Positions 29,324 through 38,736 of a stretch of DNA of 64,000 bases are shown here, piece by piece. The stretch lies in IMG/VR virus record IMGVR_UViG_3300032523_001141, positions 55,991 through 119,990 of that record. One strand, written 5' to 3'. Numbering within the stretch: the stretch's first letter is position 1; each line of letters opens with the position of its first letter. The DNA is from a virus. A program made the translations under genes and the position numbers. The notes under the pieces are model-generated. The model had not been told where the DNA came from and ran no database searches. It saw only the letters and a program-made list of their open reading frames with translations.

Positions 29324-32300
29324 CTAATCATTCTCCACAATATGTACCGGCGTGTCGACCTCAATATCACCACGCCGATAAGCGGCAATGGCATCTTTGG
29401 CGGATTTAAAGACTCGCGCGGGCGACTTCTTGTTAATCCGGTTGGAAGCAACATACAGGCCAGATTGTAATTCAGCTACTGGGGTGTAATGACCCTTAAA
29501 CGTTGACGCCGCAAATAAATTACGACTTGGCAGCATTTTTTCAGCGGCTTCTCGGCCGGCTGCGTCAGTGCTAGGCACATGGAATTGCATGGCGTCGCCA
29601 TCGAAGTCAGCGCCGAAACCATTGGTTACAAGCGGGCTCACTTCCATTGTTTTGTTTTTAGTAAGACGCGGATAAAACGCCATTATGCCGTAACGGTGCA
29701 GTACCGGCGCGCGATTAATAATAATTGGCCGAGAATTCATTTGCTGGTTTAATTCACCGCGGGCCATATTGTTTTTGTCGTCAAACGACTTAATTGCTTC
29801 CATGCGCGGTAACCCCCGACGCACCAGCCCGCGCACAATAAACGGCTTATAAATTTCCCACGCTTTTTCTTCGGGGAGGGCAACCTGATCCATATCCAAA
29901 TCAGGATTAGGCGTAATTACAGCTCGACCAACAAGATCCACAGTTGAACTAAGAAGTTTGCGCTGCACAGTGCCGTACTTTGGCGAGCTTCCAAAAATCT
30001 GCGATAAAAAGCCGCGCACTCGTCGCTCGACGTTCTTGGCCTGCACAGGGTCGCCCATGCCCGTGACGCCCTTCATTGCGTCGTATAGTCCCAGGCGTTC
30101 GTTGCCGACTTCAGTAAATACGCCAGCAGAATCTTTTAATACAGAGTTTGCGTCGAGCAGTTCTTTGTACAGATAATTTGCGTCGGCAACGAGCGGTAGT
30201 TTTTTCTGCCCCATCGTCGAGACGGGCCGGAACGCTGGCGGTATTACCGGCATCTTGGTCAGCATCCACTCCTCGGGATGTGTGCCAGTCTTTTCTGAAG
30301 TTTTTAAAAACGCTAGTTTTCGAACGGCGGCATCCCGCGCGACCTTGCGGCCGGACTGAATATCTTGACGCGCCTGCTCTATAGCTTTAGGCACATTAAT
30401 ACGCTTTAGCGCGTTCTTAATAGCCATTGGGCCGGTTTCGTCATTAAGCTTCTCTTGTCCGGCTAAGATATCTCTGAACTTTTTCTCGGTAAGCCCAAGA
30501 GTGCGCCTAATCGGTTCTTCCATAACCGGATTTGGCATAGGCTCGTGCAGAGTGATCTTAGCCCAACGATTACCGTTATGGCCGCCAGTAAGCCCTTCGT
30601 CAAAAAGCCCGCCGGTCTTGGGGCGCAGGCCAGATTTCCAATCAACTGTATCGGCGTTCTGTATTTCGCGGTCGCCCGTAAGCTTGTCAATTTCTTTGTC
30701 AGTCAACGCCATGATGTGCGTCTTTGTGCCTTCGCGGACGGTGGTAATACCTGCACCCCGAAGCTGCTCAACAAATTTTGTGTAAACTTGCGGAATCTTT
30801 GGAAGCGGCGGCGTATAGCCCGCCATTACCTGCGACCAATATTCTGGATTAGCTTGCCCGCGCACCATTTTGGCGTCGCGAATAACCTGCCCAGCGCCGT
30901 GCGAAAGCAAAGCACCCAGATCGAGCATGCCGATGCGCTTAGCGCCTTCAGGCCCGCCCTTGGCTGGCGTGCCTTCAGCCGTGTATCCGCCAGTAGACCG
31001 GCCCTGCGCTTTGCTTTCGCTCGTGTGGTGCAATTTCATGAAGAAACGATTACCAGTAAGCACGCCTTTAATTTTGCGCCCAGTCTCGGGGTCAGTAACG
31101 TCCTCGAGATCCGTAAGTTGATGTTTTCGTAATTCTGCTTTTGCAAAAGCAATAAGATCAGTCTGGTCGTCAAAGTCTTTAATCTTGAACGGCTGCCCAG
31201 TTTTTTCAGCTACTTTACCGAGCGCTGCTTCTACGATCTGAGACGGATTAATTCGGCTGGCTAAACCGAGCGGGCTGACAAGCACCTCTATTGGCCGGCC
31301 TTGCGCATCCTGCGGCATTTGATCGTCAGCAATAATGCCAGCCACGACGCCCTTGTCGCCGAAGCGCCCGGTGAGTTTGTCGCCTACTTCCATCTGCGCT
31401 TTGCTTTTAACAATTGCGCTGTACCCCTTTTTTGTTTTAGCGATGTCAGTGACGACGCCCGGGGAGTGGTGATCCCAAGTAACAGAGTCATTAGTGAAGT
31501 TAGCCGACTTGCCGCGAAACACCTGCCCGTATGTGGTTTCCCGCGCTTTGCTCACGAGAATAAGCGGGTCGCCGTACGTGACAACAGCGCCTTTTTTGAT
31601 TACGCCATTATCGTCAAAGTTATCTAAAGTTTTTTTGTCATACTCACTTGGGAACAAGCTAACAAATTTCTTCTTGTCTATGTGCGTGTTGTCGTCCGCG
31701 TCGGCTTCGTGCTGATACATGTGCTCAGATGTCAGGCGCTTTGCTGCAGACTCAGATATCACCACTGAGTCGTCGTACACAAGCCCGCGGAACGGCAAGT
31801 AACCTACGCGCATATTTAAACCAAGCGCCGCAGTGCCGTTCTTGTCTGTAAAATTTGACTGCGCAATAAGCTGGCCGGGTTTAACTGTATCGCCGGGTTT
31901 TACAGCTGCTGTTTGTGTCCAGAAAGTTTTTCGATTAAACGGCGCGTCATTGTAAAGCTCAACTGTTTTTTGCTCACCGTCTTTGTTGCGTAAAACAATC
32001 TCGTCTGGCGTAACAGATACAACCTGCGAAAGTTCGTCGGCGTATGCGGCACCCATGCTCTTGCCCATATCGTCTTCGTACGAGCGCGATGGATCGTCGG
32101 CGATAGCTGATTGAATAAACGGCGATTCAGCGTTGACAAGGGGCAGCGCCTGCGTAAACATGCGCGAACCCATGATAACGCGGTGACCTTTCATCATGGA
32201 TTTGAGCGGCACCATATTAGACAACATCGAGAAAGACGCATCCATATTTGGAGCCATGTACTGCGCTTGATCGCGCGGAATGTATTTCATTTTGCCGTTA

Positions 32301-33772
32301 ACAATTGCGGCCACGGTTGGGAGGTCGCTTTTATCCTCGCCCGGGAACACAAGCGGCATATCAGCAATGTCCTGCGGCGACTTGTACTCAAGCTCGCCTG
32401 TCTTCAGATTCTTCACTTTCATGTATATTTTGCCATCAGAGCCTTTTACAGCACCGCGGGCGAACCGCATGTCTACACCTACTTTTCCAGACTCCGGCGT
32501 GCGGAGATAATCTACAAACCCGAAGTGACTCGGCTGCACGCTGCGCGATTCTTGCGGCACGGCGTCAAGCGAGCTAATGCCACCTTCGCCTAATCTGGTA
32601 ACCCGCGTTTGATGGTCGTAAATTTCCGCCGGATTAATTTCTTCGAGACTAGACCCGAGACCGCTACCAATAAGCGCAGCCACAATCGCTTTATTAAACG
32701 CACCAGTCGGTACATGATCGAGTGTTTTCTTCGCCGTGGCTTTCCATAGCAGTTGCCGCAGCATGGCCCTATCTTTTGAGAAGCGTTCAGCAATTAAATC
32801 TTCAGGGCCAAGGACTTGTTGAAAAGCCATGCTGTCGCGGTCGTCTGATTCGGTCTCTTTCCGGTTTACGGCAATCAGCTTCTTCGTGATCTTGAGGATG
32901 GCGTCAGGCGTTAAATTTTTGATAGGCTCGCCAAGCGTGCGCTTTGTCACCTCGGGATCCATCTCCATTTTTAAAAACTCGTCGGCGATGGCTTTTTGTT
33001 TTCCTGGGGCGTCAATGCCGGGTATGGCTTTGTAGACAAGCCGGCTATACAGCTTGTCGAGCGTGCCGGCGTCGCCCTTTTCCATATTCACAGCGGTGAG
33101 CTCGTTGCCCCACGCCTTGCGAATATCTTGCTCTGAAGTGCCTAGCGCTTTAAGCAGCGGCATAAGCGGAATCTGCGCTTGGCCAATATTGATCTTGAAT
33201 ACGCCCGTTTTAGGGTCAAGATAATATCGGTGCATTCGGCCTTTTCCGGGAAGCACATTTACATGCGCTTCAAGTTCGCCGTTGTCTTTTTCGCGGGTGT
33301 ATACGCCCGGGCGAAGTCGCATCTGATGGGCCAGCGTGTACTCCACGCCATTATGCACAAACGTACCAGCGTCGGTCATATACGGCACATTAGCCAACGT
33401 TGACCGCTTTTGCGCAATAACCGCGCCTGTTTTGTTGTCCGTTAGATTCCACGTACCGCGCAATTTTCGCGCGAGGGAGCCGTGAGAGAGCACAGCCTGC
33501 TTGTGATCTTTTTTCGTAAAACGCTCGGGGCCTTCGTAACCTACCTCGCCAAGGCTGAGCGTATACAGATCGTTCTGGACAGGTTTAATACCGCGGGCTT
33601 GAGTCGCCGCAGTATCAAAAATATCTTCTCGAGTAAAAACGGGCTCGAACGGCGCTACGCCAATTGCAGACTGCTGCGATTGCTGAAAGATATTTTGGCG
33701 TAACGCGTTAACGTCGCCAAATTCTCGGGCTTGCGGCCCTAAGATCGAGTTTGACTGTTCGGGAAGTGGCAT
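29324..33772 (-). CDS. rpoBC: Phage RNA polymerase beta fused to the catalytic N-terminal half of beta'
   Basis: Beta motifs RTPESGKVG, GDKLTGRFGDKGVV, SPLGLASRINPSQ, MKLHH. Then beta' motifs PVIPPAFRP, NRAPVLHR, GADFDGDAM (DFDGD at 29594-29608). Confidence 0.93.
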   Translation of the reverse strand: MPLPEQSNSILGPQAREFGDVNALRQNIFQQSQQSAIGVAPFEPVFTREDIFDTAATQARGIKPVQNDLYTLSLGEVGYEGPERFTKKDHKQAVLSHGSLARKLRGTWNLTDNKTGAVIAQKRSTLANVPYMTDAGTFVHNGVEYTLAHQMRLRPGVYTREKDNGELEAHVNVLPGKGRMHRYYLDPKTGVFKINIGQAQIPLMPLLKALGTSEQDIRKAWGNELTAVNMEKGDAGTLDKLYSRLVYKAIPGIDAPGKQKAIADEFLKMEMDPEVTKRTLGEPIKNLTPDAILKITKKLIAVNRKETESDDRDSMAFQQVLGPEDLIAERFSKDRAMLRQLLWKATAKKTLDHVPTGAFNKAIVAALIGSGLGSSLEEINPAEIYDHQTRVTRLGEGGISSLDAVPQESRSVQPSHFGFVDYLRTPESGKVGVDMRFARGAVKGSDGKIYMKVKNLKTGELEYKSPQDIADMPLVFPGEDKSDLPTVAAIVNGKMKYIPRDQAQYMAPNMDASFSMLSNMVPLKSMMKGHRVIMGSRMFTQALPLVNAESPFIQSAIADDPSRSYEDDMGKSMGAAYADELSQVVSVTPDEIVLRNKDGEQKTVELYNDAPFNRKTFWTQTAAVKPGDTVKPGQLIAQSNFTDKNGTAALGLNMRVGYLPFRGLVYDDSVVISESAAKRLTSEHMYQHEADADDNTHIDKKKFVSLFPSEYDKKTLDNFDDNGVIKKGAVVTYGDPLILVSKARETTYGQVFRGKSANFTNDSVTWDHHSPGVVTDIAKTKKGYSAIVKSKAQMEVGDKLTGRFGDKGVVAGIIADDQMPQDAQGRPIEVLVSPLGLASRINPSQIVEAALGKVAEKTGQPFKIKDFDDQTDLIAFAKAELRKHQLTDLEDVTDPETGRKIKGVLTGNRFFMKLHHTSESKAQGRSTGGYTAEGTPAKGGPEGAKRIGMLDLGALLSHGAGQVIRDAKMVRGQANPEYWSQVMAGYTPPLPKIPQVYTKFVEQLRGAGITTVREGTKTHIMALTDKEIDKLTGDREIQNADTVDWKSGLRPKTGGLFDEGLTGGHNGNRWAKITLHEPMPNPVMEEPIRRTLGLTEKKFRDILAGQEKLNDETGPMAIKNALKRINVPKAIEQARQDIQSGRKVARDAAVRKLAFLKTSEKTGTHPEEWMLTKMPVIPPAFRPVSTMGQKKLPLVADANYLYKELLDANSVLKDSAGVFTEVGNERLGLYDAMKGVTGMGDPVQAKNVERRVRGFLSQIFGSSPKYGTVQRKLLSSTVDLVGRAVITPNPDLDMDQVALPEEKAWEIYKPFIVRGLVRRGLPRMEAIKSFDDKNNMARGELNQQMNSRPIIINRAPVLHRYGIMAFYPRLTKNKTMEVSPLVTNGFGADFDGDAMQFHVPSTDAAGREAAEKMLPSRNLFAASTFKGHYTPVAELQSGLYVASNRINKKSPARVFKSAKDAIAAYRRGDIEVDTPVHIVEND

Positions 33773-33789
33773 AGTAGCGGCTCATCGAG

Positions 33790-34755
33790 TTAGTCAGCGA
33801 TTTGCTTAATAGCCGCAATTTGTTCCGGGTCAACATAAATTGGCGCTGCCCCGGCAATGCGCGCTCGTGCTTTCTGTGCACGCGATACAGCCTTATCTCG
33901 GCTGCGTTCACGCGTCCAGTCGTATGTCATTTTCCCAGACAGCGCGCCAAGCCCAAGCGTCGACATTACGTACGCATTCCAAACAGCCGGATACTGCCGC
34001 ATAATGTCAAACGGAAGCTTGGCCAGGGCGGTGCCGCCGGCCGCCGCGGCCGGCATTACAGCTTTTGCGGCGCCAGAAACCGCGGTAAGCGGGCCTGAAA
34101 ATGTGCTACCGATAGCAGTTAAAAGCGGATTATCGGCTTGCTTTGTAACTTCGGCAAATTTATTAAACGCCGCATCAAGCGCAGCGGCTTTACGCCCGAT
34201 TAACGCGCGCTGATATTCTTTCTTTGCGGCGTCAACTTGGTCGTTCAGTTCGTCTTTTTTCTTTTGAGCTATAATAGCATTCATAAGCGACGAACCGCCG
34301 TAAATGCCGAGGCCGGTGGTCGCGACTAGCGCGGCGGCTCGGGCCGCACCGCGGTCGGCTGGATTGCTCAATACTTTATTGAGCAAATTACCGGGGGCGC
34401 TGCTAATAGTCTCTAAAATACCTGCTTCGGCGATCTTCTCGTCCTCGTCGATTGACTTAGAGCCCGGGCCAAACTTTGTGTATTTTTGTTTTGGCTTATT
34501 TATTCCGCTGAGTAAGTGATACAGCTTTGCGCCGCCCAGCCCTAGCCCCGCACCGGCAAGCGTGTACTTCAACAGGTCGGGTCCAAGCACCGCGGCCGAG
34601 GCGGCGTCCGACTTCGCTGCCGCGCGGGCGGCGATAGCGGCGGCGTTTTGCTCAGTAGCGCCATTCGGCATTGAGCCGCCCAAGGCGTAATCAAGCCCCG
34701 AACTCAGCGGGTCTGTAACGTATTGAGTGAGCCAGCTAGCTTTTTTTGTTGTCAT
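33790..34755 (-). CDS. Gly/Ala-rich membrane-like protein (KxA motifs)
   Basis: GAGLGLGGAKLY, GLGIYGG, GLGALSG; TKKAS, EKIA, RKAAA, TKQAD. Confidence 0.65.
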   Translation of the reverse strand: MTTKKASWLTQYVTDPLSSGLDYALGGSMPNGATEQNAAAIAARAAAKSDAASAAVLGPDLLKYTLAGAGLGLGGAKLYHLLSGINKPKQKYTKFGPGSKSIDEDEKIAEAGILETISSAPGNLLNKVLSNPADRGAARAAALVATTGLGIYGGSSLMNAIIAQKKKDELNDQVDAAKKEYQRALIGRKAAALDAAFNKFAEVTKQADNPLLTAIGSTFSGPLTAVSGAAKAVMPAAAAGGTALAKLPFDIMRQYPAVWNAYVMSTLGLGALSGKMTYDWTRERSRDKAVSRAQKARARIAGAAPIYVDPEQIAAIKQIAD

Positions 34756-35105
34756 TATTGCACCTTTGGCGGCAACATGCCGTAAACTTGCGCCCACTCT
34801 ACCCAGACACGAAAATGCTTATGTTCGTCGTCCCAGTTGTCGTTGCGGCGTTGAAGTAAGTACCATCCATTAACTATTTTATCGTTTACGTCGTCAAATT
34901 CCGCTTTCTGCGCCGGATCCCATAATTCAAACATTTTGCTCTTAAAATCGAGGCGGAGATCGATATTCTCCATCTCTTCTTTTTTAAGATCGGGCGGCAG
35001 CGCATTTCCGCGGACAGGGTACCCGTCCACTGTTCCGGGCCAGTGCAGACGTTCGCCGCCATGCGACTCGCCACCGGTTTCGCCATAGTATTTTTTAAGG
35101 CTCAC
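34755..35105 (-). CDS. Hypothetical protein
   Basis: 116 aa, translationally coupled to neighbours. Confidence 0.6.
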   Translation of the reverse strand: MSLKKYYGETGGESHGGERLHWPGTVDGYPVRGNALPPDLKKEEMENIDLRLDFKSKMFELWDPAQKAEFDDVNDKIVNGWYLLQRRNDNWDDEHKHFRVWVEWAQVYGMLPPKVQ

Positions 35106-35107
35106 GA

Positions 35108-35521
35108 CTACCCACGCCCCAGCCGGTACTGCCGAACCTTTTTACGATTTTTAGCTTTATCCGCATAAAGCTTGTAGGTTGCGGCTAATTCTTGCGCTTT
35201 AAGCTCGTCGTCATCTAGTGCTGGCTCAAGCATTTTGGCGGTACCGTAACCAAGCCCCGCGCCACCAATAATTGACCCGGCGATCGGGACGGCCGTGATC
35301 ATCTGGAGAGCACCCGCTAAGGTTTTACCGGCACCGACGATCATGCCCGCCGCCGTCCCGCCGCCAATAGTCACGGGCGAGAGTTTAACTAACTCTGTAG
35401 CCCGTTTATTAAAACTAGCGACTTGATCCAGCCGCGCGTCGAGCTCGGCGCCAGTCAGCTTTTCTTCGGCGCATCGGGTCAAAAACCCGAGCTTAAACCC
35501 ATCCTGCGCTGTAATATCCAT
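35108..35521 (-). CDS. Glycine-zipper protein (GFKLGFL...NKRA)
   Basis: 137 aa with IGGAGLGYG segment. Confidence 0.6.
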   Translation of the reverse strand: MDITAQDGFKLGFLTRCAEEKLTGAELDARLDQVASFNKRATELVKLSPVTIGGGTAAGMIVGAGKTLAGALQMITAVPIAGSIIGGAGLGYGTAKMLEPALDDDELKAQELAATYKLYADKAKNRKKVRQYRLGRG

Positions 35522-36021
35522 CAGAAGTCTCCGGGGAGGATGAGCTTCTTTTTACCAGATTGCCCCGAAAAAACAGAAAAGTCAGGTGATACATGCTTGC
35601 CGGTATCCCGACCTACAGGCAGAGAAGGGGGCAGGGCGGTTGAGAAATTCCCAGACGAGGACAGCGAAACAGCACTTTTACGGTTTGGCCGGTGACGCAT
35701 AAACCACGCGTCGACTTTCGGGTCTGTCCTGTCGCCTTGATTTTTAGCGTCACGCGCGCACTCGGCCATCATGTCAACGCCCTGCTGTAAATCCATGCGG
35801 TCGTGGGAGAGCCACCGCTTGCCGGGGTTCTTAACCATCATCTCGCGCAGCTGTTTCGCTTCAGCACTAAGCGCGGTGGCACGCTCCAAAAACTCCCGGC
35901 GGGTTAGCACGAAGAACTCGCCCGTCTGCTCGTCGTGCAGACACACAAAGCCGTTTTGCGCGTAAAATTTAAGTCCGCGGTACGTGTAGCACTTACCAAT
36001 CACATCCTTGCGGTCAGCCAT
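35521..36021 (-). CDS. Hypothetical protein
   Basis: 166 aa, SD GAGG. Confidence 0.6.
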   Translation of the reverse strand: MADRKDVIGKCYTYRGLKFYAQNGFVCLHDEQTGEFFVLTRREFLERATALSAEAKQLREMMVKNPGKRWLSHDRMDLQQGVDMMAECARDAKNQGDRTDPKVDAWFMRHRPNRKSAVSLSSSGNFSTALPPSLPVGRDTGKHVSPDFSVFSGQSGKKKLILPGDF

Positions 36022-36028
36022 GATGTCC

Positions 36029-36367
36029 TCATTTATTTACCGGAATTGTGCATGTACCAGATACGCAATTATCAGGTAACGCGCGTTGCTGTAATTTCAT
36101 AACCGGCGCCAGTTTTGACTCAGCGTTTACTTTGCCGTCTTTCGGTTCGCAATCCGGGCAGTCCGTCCAGTGCAGATCGTCACCTGTGCGGATTCTACCC
36201 GTACCTTTACATCTTGTGCAGTCCTTTGTGTCGACTAATACTTTTGGCGGAATTGCGTCAGGAAGGAAAGAAACATAAGCAGCCTCTGCAGCGACCATGC
36301 CGACACAATCTTTTTTGGGCGATTCGGCATACGTCACCGGGGCTAAAAGCATAAGCCACTCAAACAT
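36029..36367 (-). CDS. Small protein with CxxCxGxG...CxxC zinc finger
   Basis: CTRCKGTG...CPDC; hydrophobic N-terminus; C-terminal CVSGTC. Confidence 0.6.
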   Translation of the reverse strand: MFEWLMLLAPVTYAESPKKDCVGMVAAEAAYVSFLPDAIPPKVLVDTKDCTRCKGTGRIRTGDDLHWTDCPDCEPKDGKVNAESKLAPVMKLQQRALPDNCVSGTCTIPVNK

Positions 36368-36394
36368 GTGAACTACTCCAAATCAGACGTGTAT

Positions 36395-37420
36395 TTAAAT
36401 ATTGCCTAACGAGCCATAATGCGGTAGTTTTTTACGCGGCCAACCGTTTACGCCAGAAATCGCCACCATGTATCGGTTTTTGATATCAGACCATTTTGCC
36501 CAAAACGCGCCAATTGGAATATCGAAGGCCGTGCCTAAAATCCTGCGGCCACCTTCATTCCACGCGCCCCAACTATTTTGGACTAATATAAGCGGCTCGC
36601 CGTAAAGTTTAATAGTCTCGGGTCGGTCGTCCGCGGCCAGATAAGCAAGCGCGTGCGCCCAGCTCCCGCTGCGCTTAGACACGCCATTAGCGTCGCGCTG
36701 GTCCGAAAAGCCCTCACTACCGCAAGAACTTACGCAATAACCGTTAGCGAGTAAGTCACGCAAGACTTCGTATGTCTCGACCTCGGTAATTGTTTGTACG
36801 CGGTGGTCTTTGCCTACTGCAAGCCAAGAGGTTGGCGGAGTGCGGGAGCCATAGAGCCCAGCGTTACGCGAACTGTATTGCGTAAAATCAACGTTAATCT
36901 CGTCGTATTTTTTACGCAGCCAGAGGCCACTCTCGTTTAGCGCTACTTGAGCAGCTTCGGCGCAGCTCCAGCCGTCGCCACCGTGCCGGCGCCAGTTATA
37001 AAACGCTTCTGTGCTTAACACGCCGTTTAAACGCGCTGTGTCGCTAACTTCTGGCGGGCCTTCAAGCCGCTCTGATTTTGGATCAGGAACGCCGCAAGTA
37101 ATATCGCAGCACATGGTGCCGAGACACGCGTTTCGCGTCGACCAACTTACACAGTCACCGCGGCCCTGCGCTCCGCCCGGTAGGCAGTCTGGATAAATTT
37201 TTAAGATCTCGAGGAAGGGCGCAGAAAGTTTTCCTTTGCCCGTCTCCTCGAGCCTATATGCGGAGCACGCCATAGCCCCATCCGGAATACCGCCCGCACT
37301 TTTAATTTGCGCGCGCAATGCTTCCGCAGCTTCGGGGTTGCTGTAAGCGCCCACGAAACCTGTCTGATATGCCTTTGCAACGTCAAAGACGCTGTCAAAG
37401 AATTGCTCTTTATCGGCCAT
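36395..37420 (-). CDS. Papain-like (C1) cysteine peptidase
   Basis: QGRGDCVSW (oxyanion Gln, catalytic Cys), WAHAL (His), VQNSWG (Asn). Confidence 0.8.
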   Translation of the reverse strand: MADKEQFFDSVFDVAKAYQTGFVGAYSNPEAAEALRAQIKSAGGIPDGAMACSAYRLEETGKGKLSAPFLEILKIYPDCLPGGAQGRGDCVSWSTRNACLGTMCCDITCGVPDPKSERLEGPPEVSDTARLNGVLSTEAFYNWRRHGGDGWSCAEAAQVALNESGLWLRKKYDEINVDFTQYSSRNAGLYGSRTPPTSWLAVGKDHRVQTITEVETYEVLRDLLANGYCVSSCGSEGFSDQRDANGVSKRSGSWAHALAYLAADDRPETIKLYGEPLILVQNSWGAWNEGGRRILGTAFDIPIGAFWAKWSDIKNRYMVAISGVNGWPRKKLPHYGSLGNI

Positions 37421-37437
37421 GGCGTGCTCCAGCTAGT

Positions 37438-37944
37438 TCACTCAGCCGACTCAGGCTCGACTACTGCCTCAGGCTCGACTACTGTGTTGGTATCGACCAC
37501 GACTTGCGTTGCCGCTTCGTGTGTCTCGCCGACAAGCGTTACCCCGAAAAACCCGGGCTGCGTCGGGGCAACCGTATCAACGGCAACAAACGTTACCGTG
37601 GCGGGCTCCGACGAATTGCCGGCGTCATCGACGTCGACAAGCGTTAAAACAACATTCGAATCTTGCGGCACAGAGATTACGCCGAGCTCAACTGAATCAC
37701 CGGCGTACGACGTCGAACCCTTCGATTCGCCGTTTACGGTTACCGTTACAACACGCGACACGACATCCCCATCAACGGGGGCGCCGGCGGAAACTTTATA
37801 TGAAAGCATATCTGCCATTTGGTTACTCCTAAGTTGAACCACCCTCAAACCAACTGGTGTACTTGTGGACAACGCTAGCGCGCGCCACATTGAATACACC
37901 AACAAAACAACGCCTAAAATTACAAACGCCAAAAAACTAATCAT
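37438..37944 (-). CDS. Membrane-anchored Ig/FN3-like protein (possible internal start at 37818)
   Basis: N-terminal TM helix; VDVDDAGNSSEP...DTVAPTQP Ig-like signature. Confidence 0.6.
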   Translation of the reverse strand: MISFLAFVILGVVLLVYSMWRALALSTSTPVGLRVVQLRSNQMADMLSYKVSAGAPVDGDVVSRVVTVTVNGESKGSTSYAGDSVELGVISVPQDSNVVLTLVDVDDAGNSSEPATVTFVAVDTVAPTQPGFFGVTLVGETHEAATQVVVDTNTVVEPEAVVEPESAE

Positions 37945-37946
37945 TG

Positions 37947-38417
37947 TTACTTTTTCTCAGCTGGTGCCGATTTGGTCACCGCAGAATCAGCAATGATATC
38001 GCAAGCTGTTACCAACTTTTTAACCGTGTCTGGGTTTAGCTGCACGACCTCTTCGGTACCCATTTGCGCTTTAATCACGTCATTAATCGCAACGTCAAGC
38101 CCAGGGTACTTATTTACTTGATCTACGGCTAGTTTTAATGTGTTTGCGTGCAGTACCGCAAAACGCTCTGTTGTATTTACTAGTTTGCCGTTATCTCGCG
38201 CTACCACGGTCTTTAAACCAATATAAATGCTTTGTACCCGAGCGCGATCGGCGTCGGTGGCGTTTTGCAGCAGCTTTACGATAGTCGGATCGGTAACGAC
38301 AACGTGGTCCGGCGCAACAACAGGCGGCTTAACAGGAAATTTAATGTCTGCTAGGCCGTTCGGGAATACGAACGACAGCAACAGCAAAAGTCCAAGAAAC
38401 CAAACTACTTTTTTCAT
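37947..38417 (-). CDS. Secreted or membrane-anchored hypothetical protein
   Basis: MKK plus hydrophobic signal, Pro-rich linker, helical domain. Confidence 0.6.
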   Translation of the reverse strand: MKKVVWFLGLLLLLSFVFPNGLADIKFPVKPPVVAPDHVVVTDPTIVKLLQNATDADRARVQSIYIGLKTVVARDNGKLVNTTERFAVLHANTLKLAVDQVNKYPGLDVAINDVIKAQMGTEEVVQLNPDTVKKLVTACDIIADSAVTKSAPAEKK

Positions 38418-38701
38418 ACAACACCCTTAGACGGTTGTTGGTACTCGACAATTACGCGAAGCAGCGTTGTGCACGCAGTTACGCCATCTTCGCAGCCTTC
38501 CGCGGCCAGCCGATCACGCAGCTCTGTGACAGATTTAATATCCGCTACGAGAGAAACAGCAATTGACGGTTTAACCTTCGGGGCTGAATCGTTAAAAAAA
38601 GCGGGAACAGCCAGCTTGACGAGAGGCGCTAGTTGTTTGACGTACGTCAAAACTAGCGTAAACAAAAATAATCCGGCTAAAACGCCTTGAAACAAACTCA
38701 T
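38414..38701 (-). CDS. Small membrane protein
   Basis: N-terminal TM helix, 95 aa. Confidence 0.55.
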   Translation of the reverse strand: MSLFQGVLAGLFLFTLVLTYVKQLAPLVKLAVPAFFNDSAPKVKPSIAVSLVADIKSVTELRDRLAAEGCEDGVTACTTLLRVIVEYQQPSKGVV

Positions 38702-38736
38702 AGTAACGCTCCGTTTATTGAGATACGAGTATTTTA

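Noticed and set aside
26476-33772. Cellular rpoBC operon (bacterial chromosome or contaminant)
   Set aside because: No ribosomal protein genes nearby, sequence strongly divergent and reduced, embedded among virion genes
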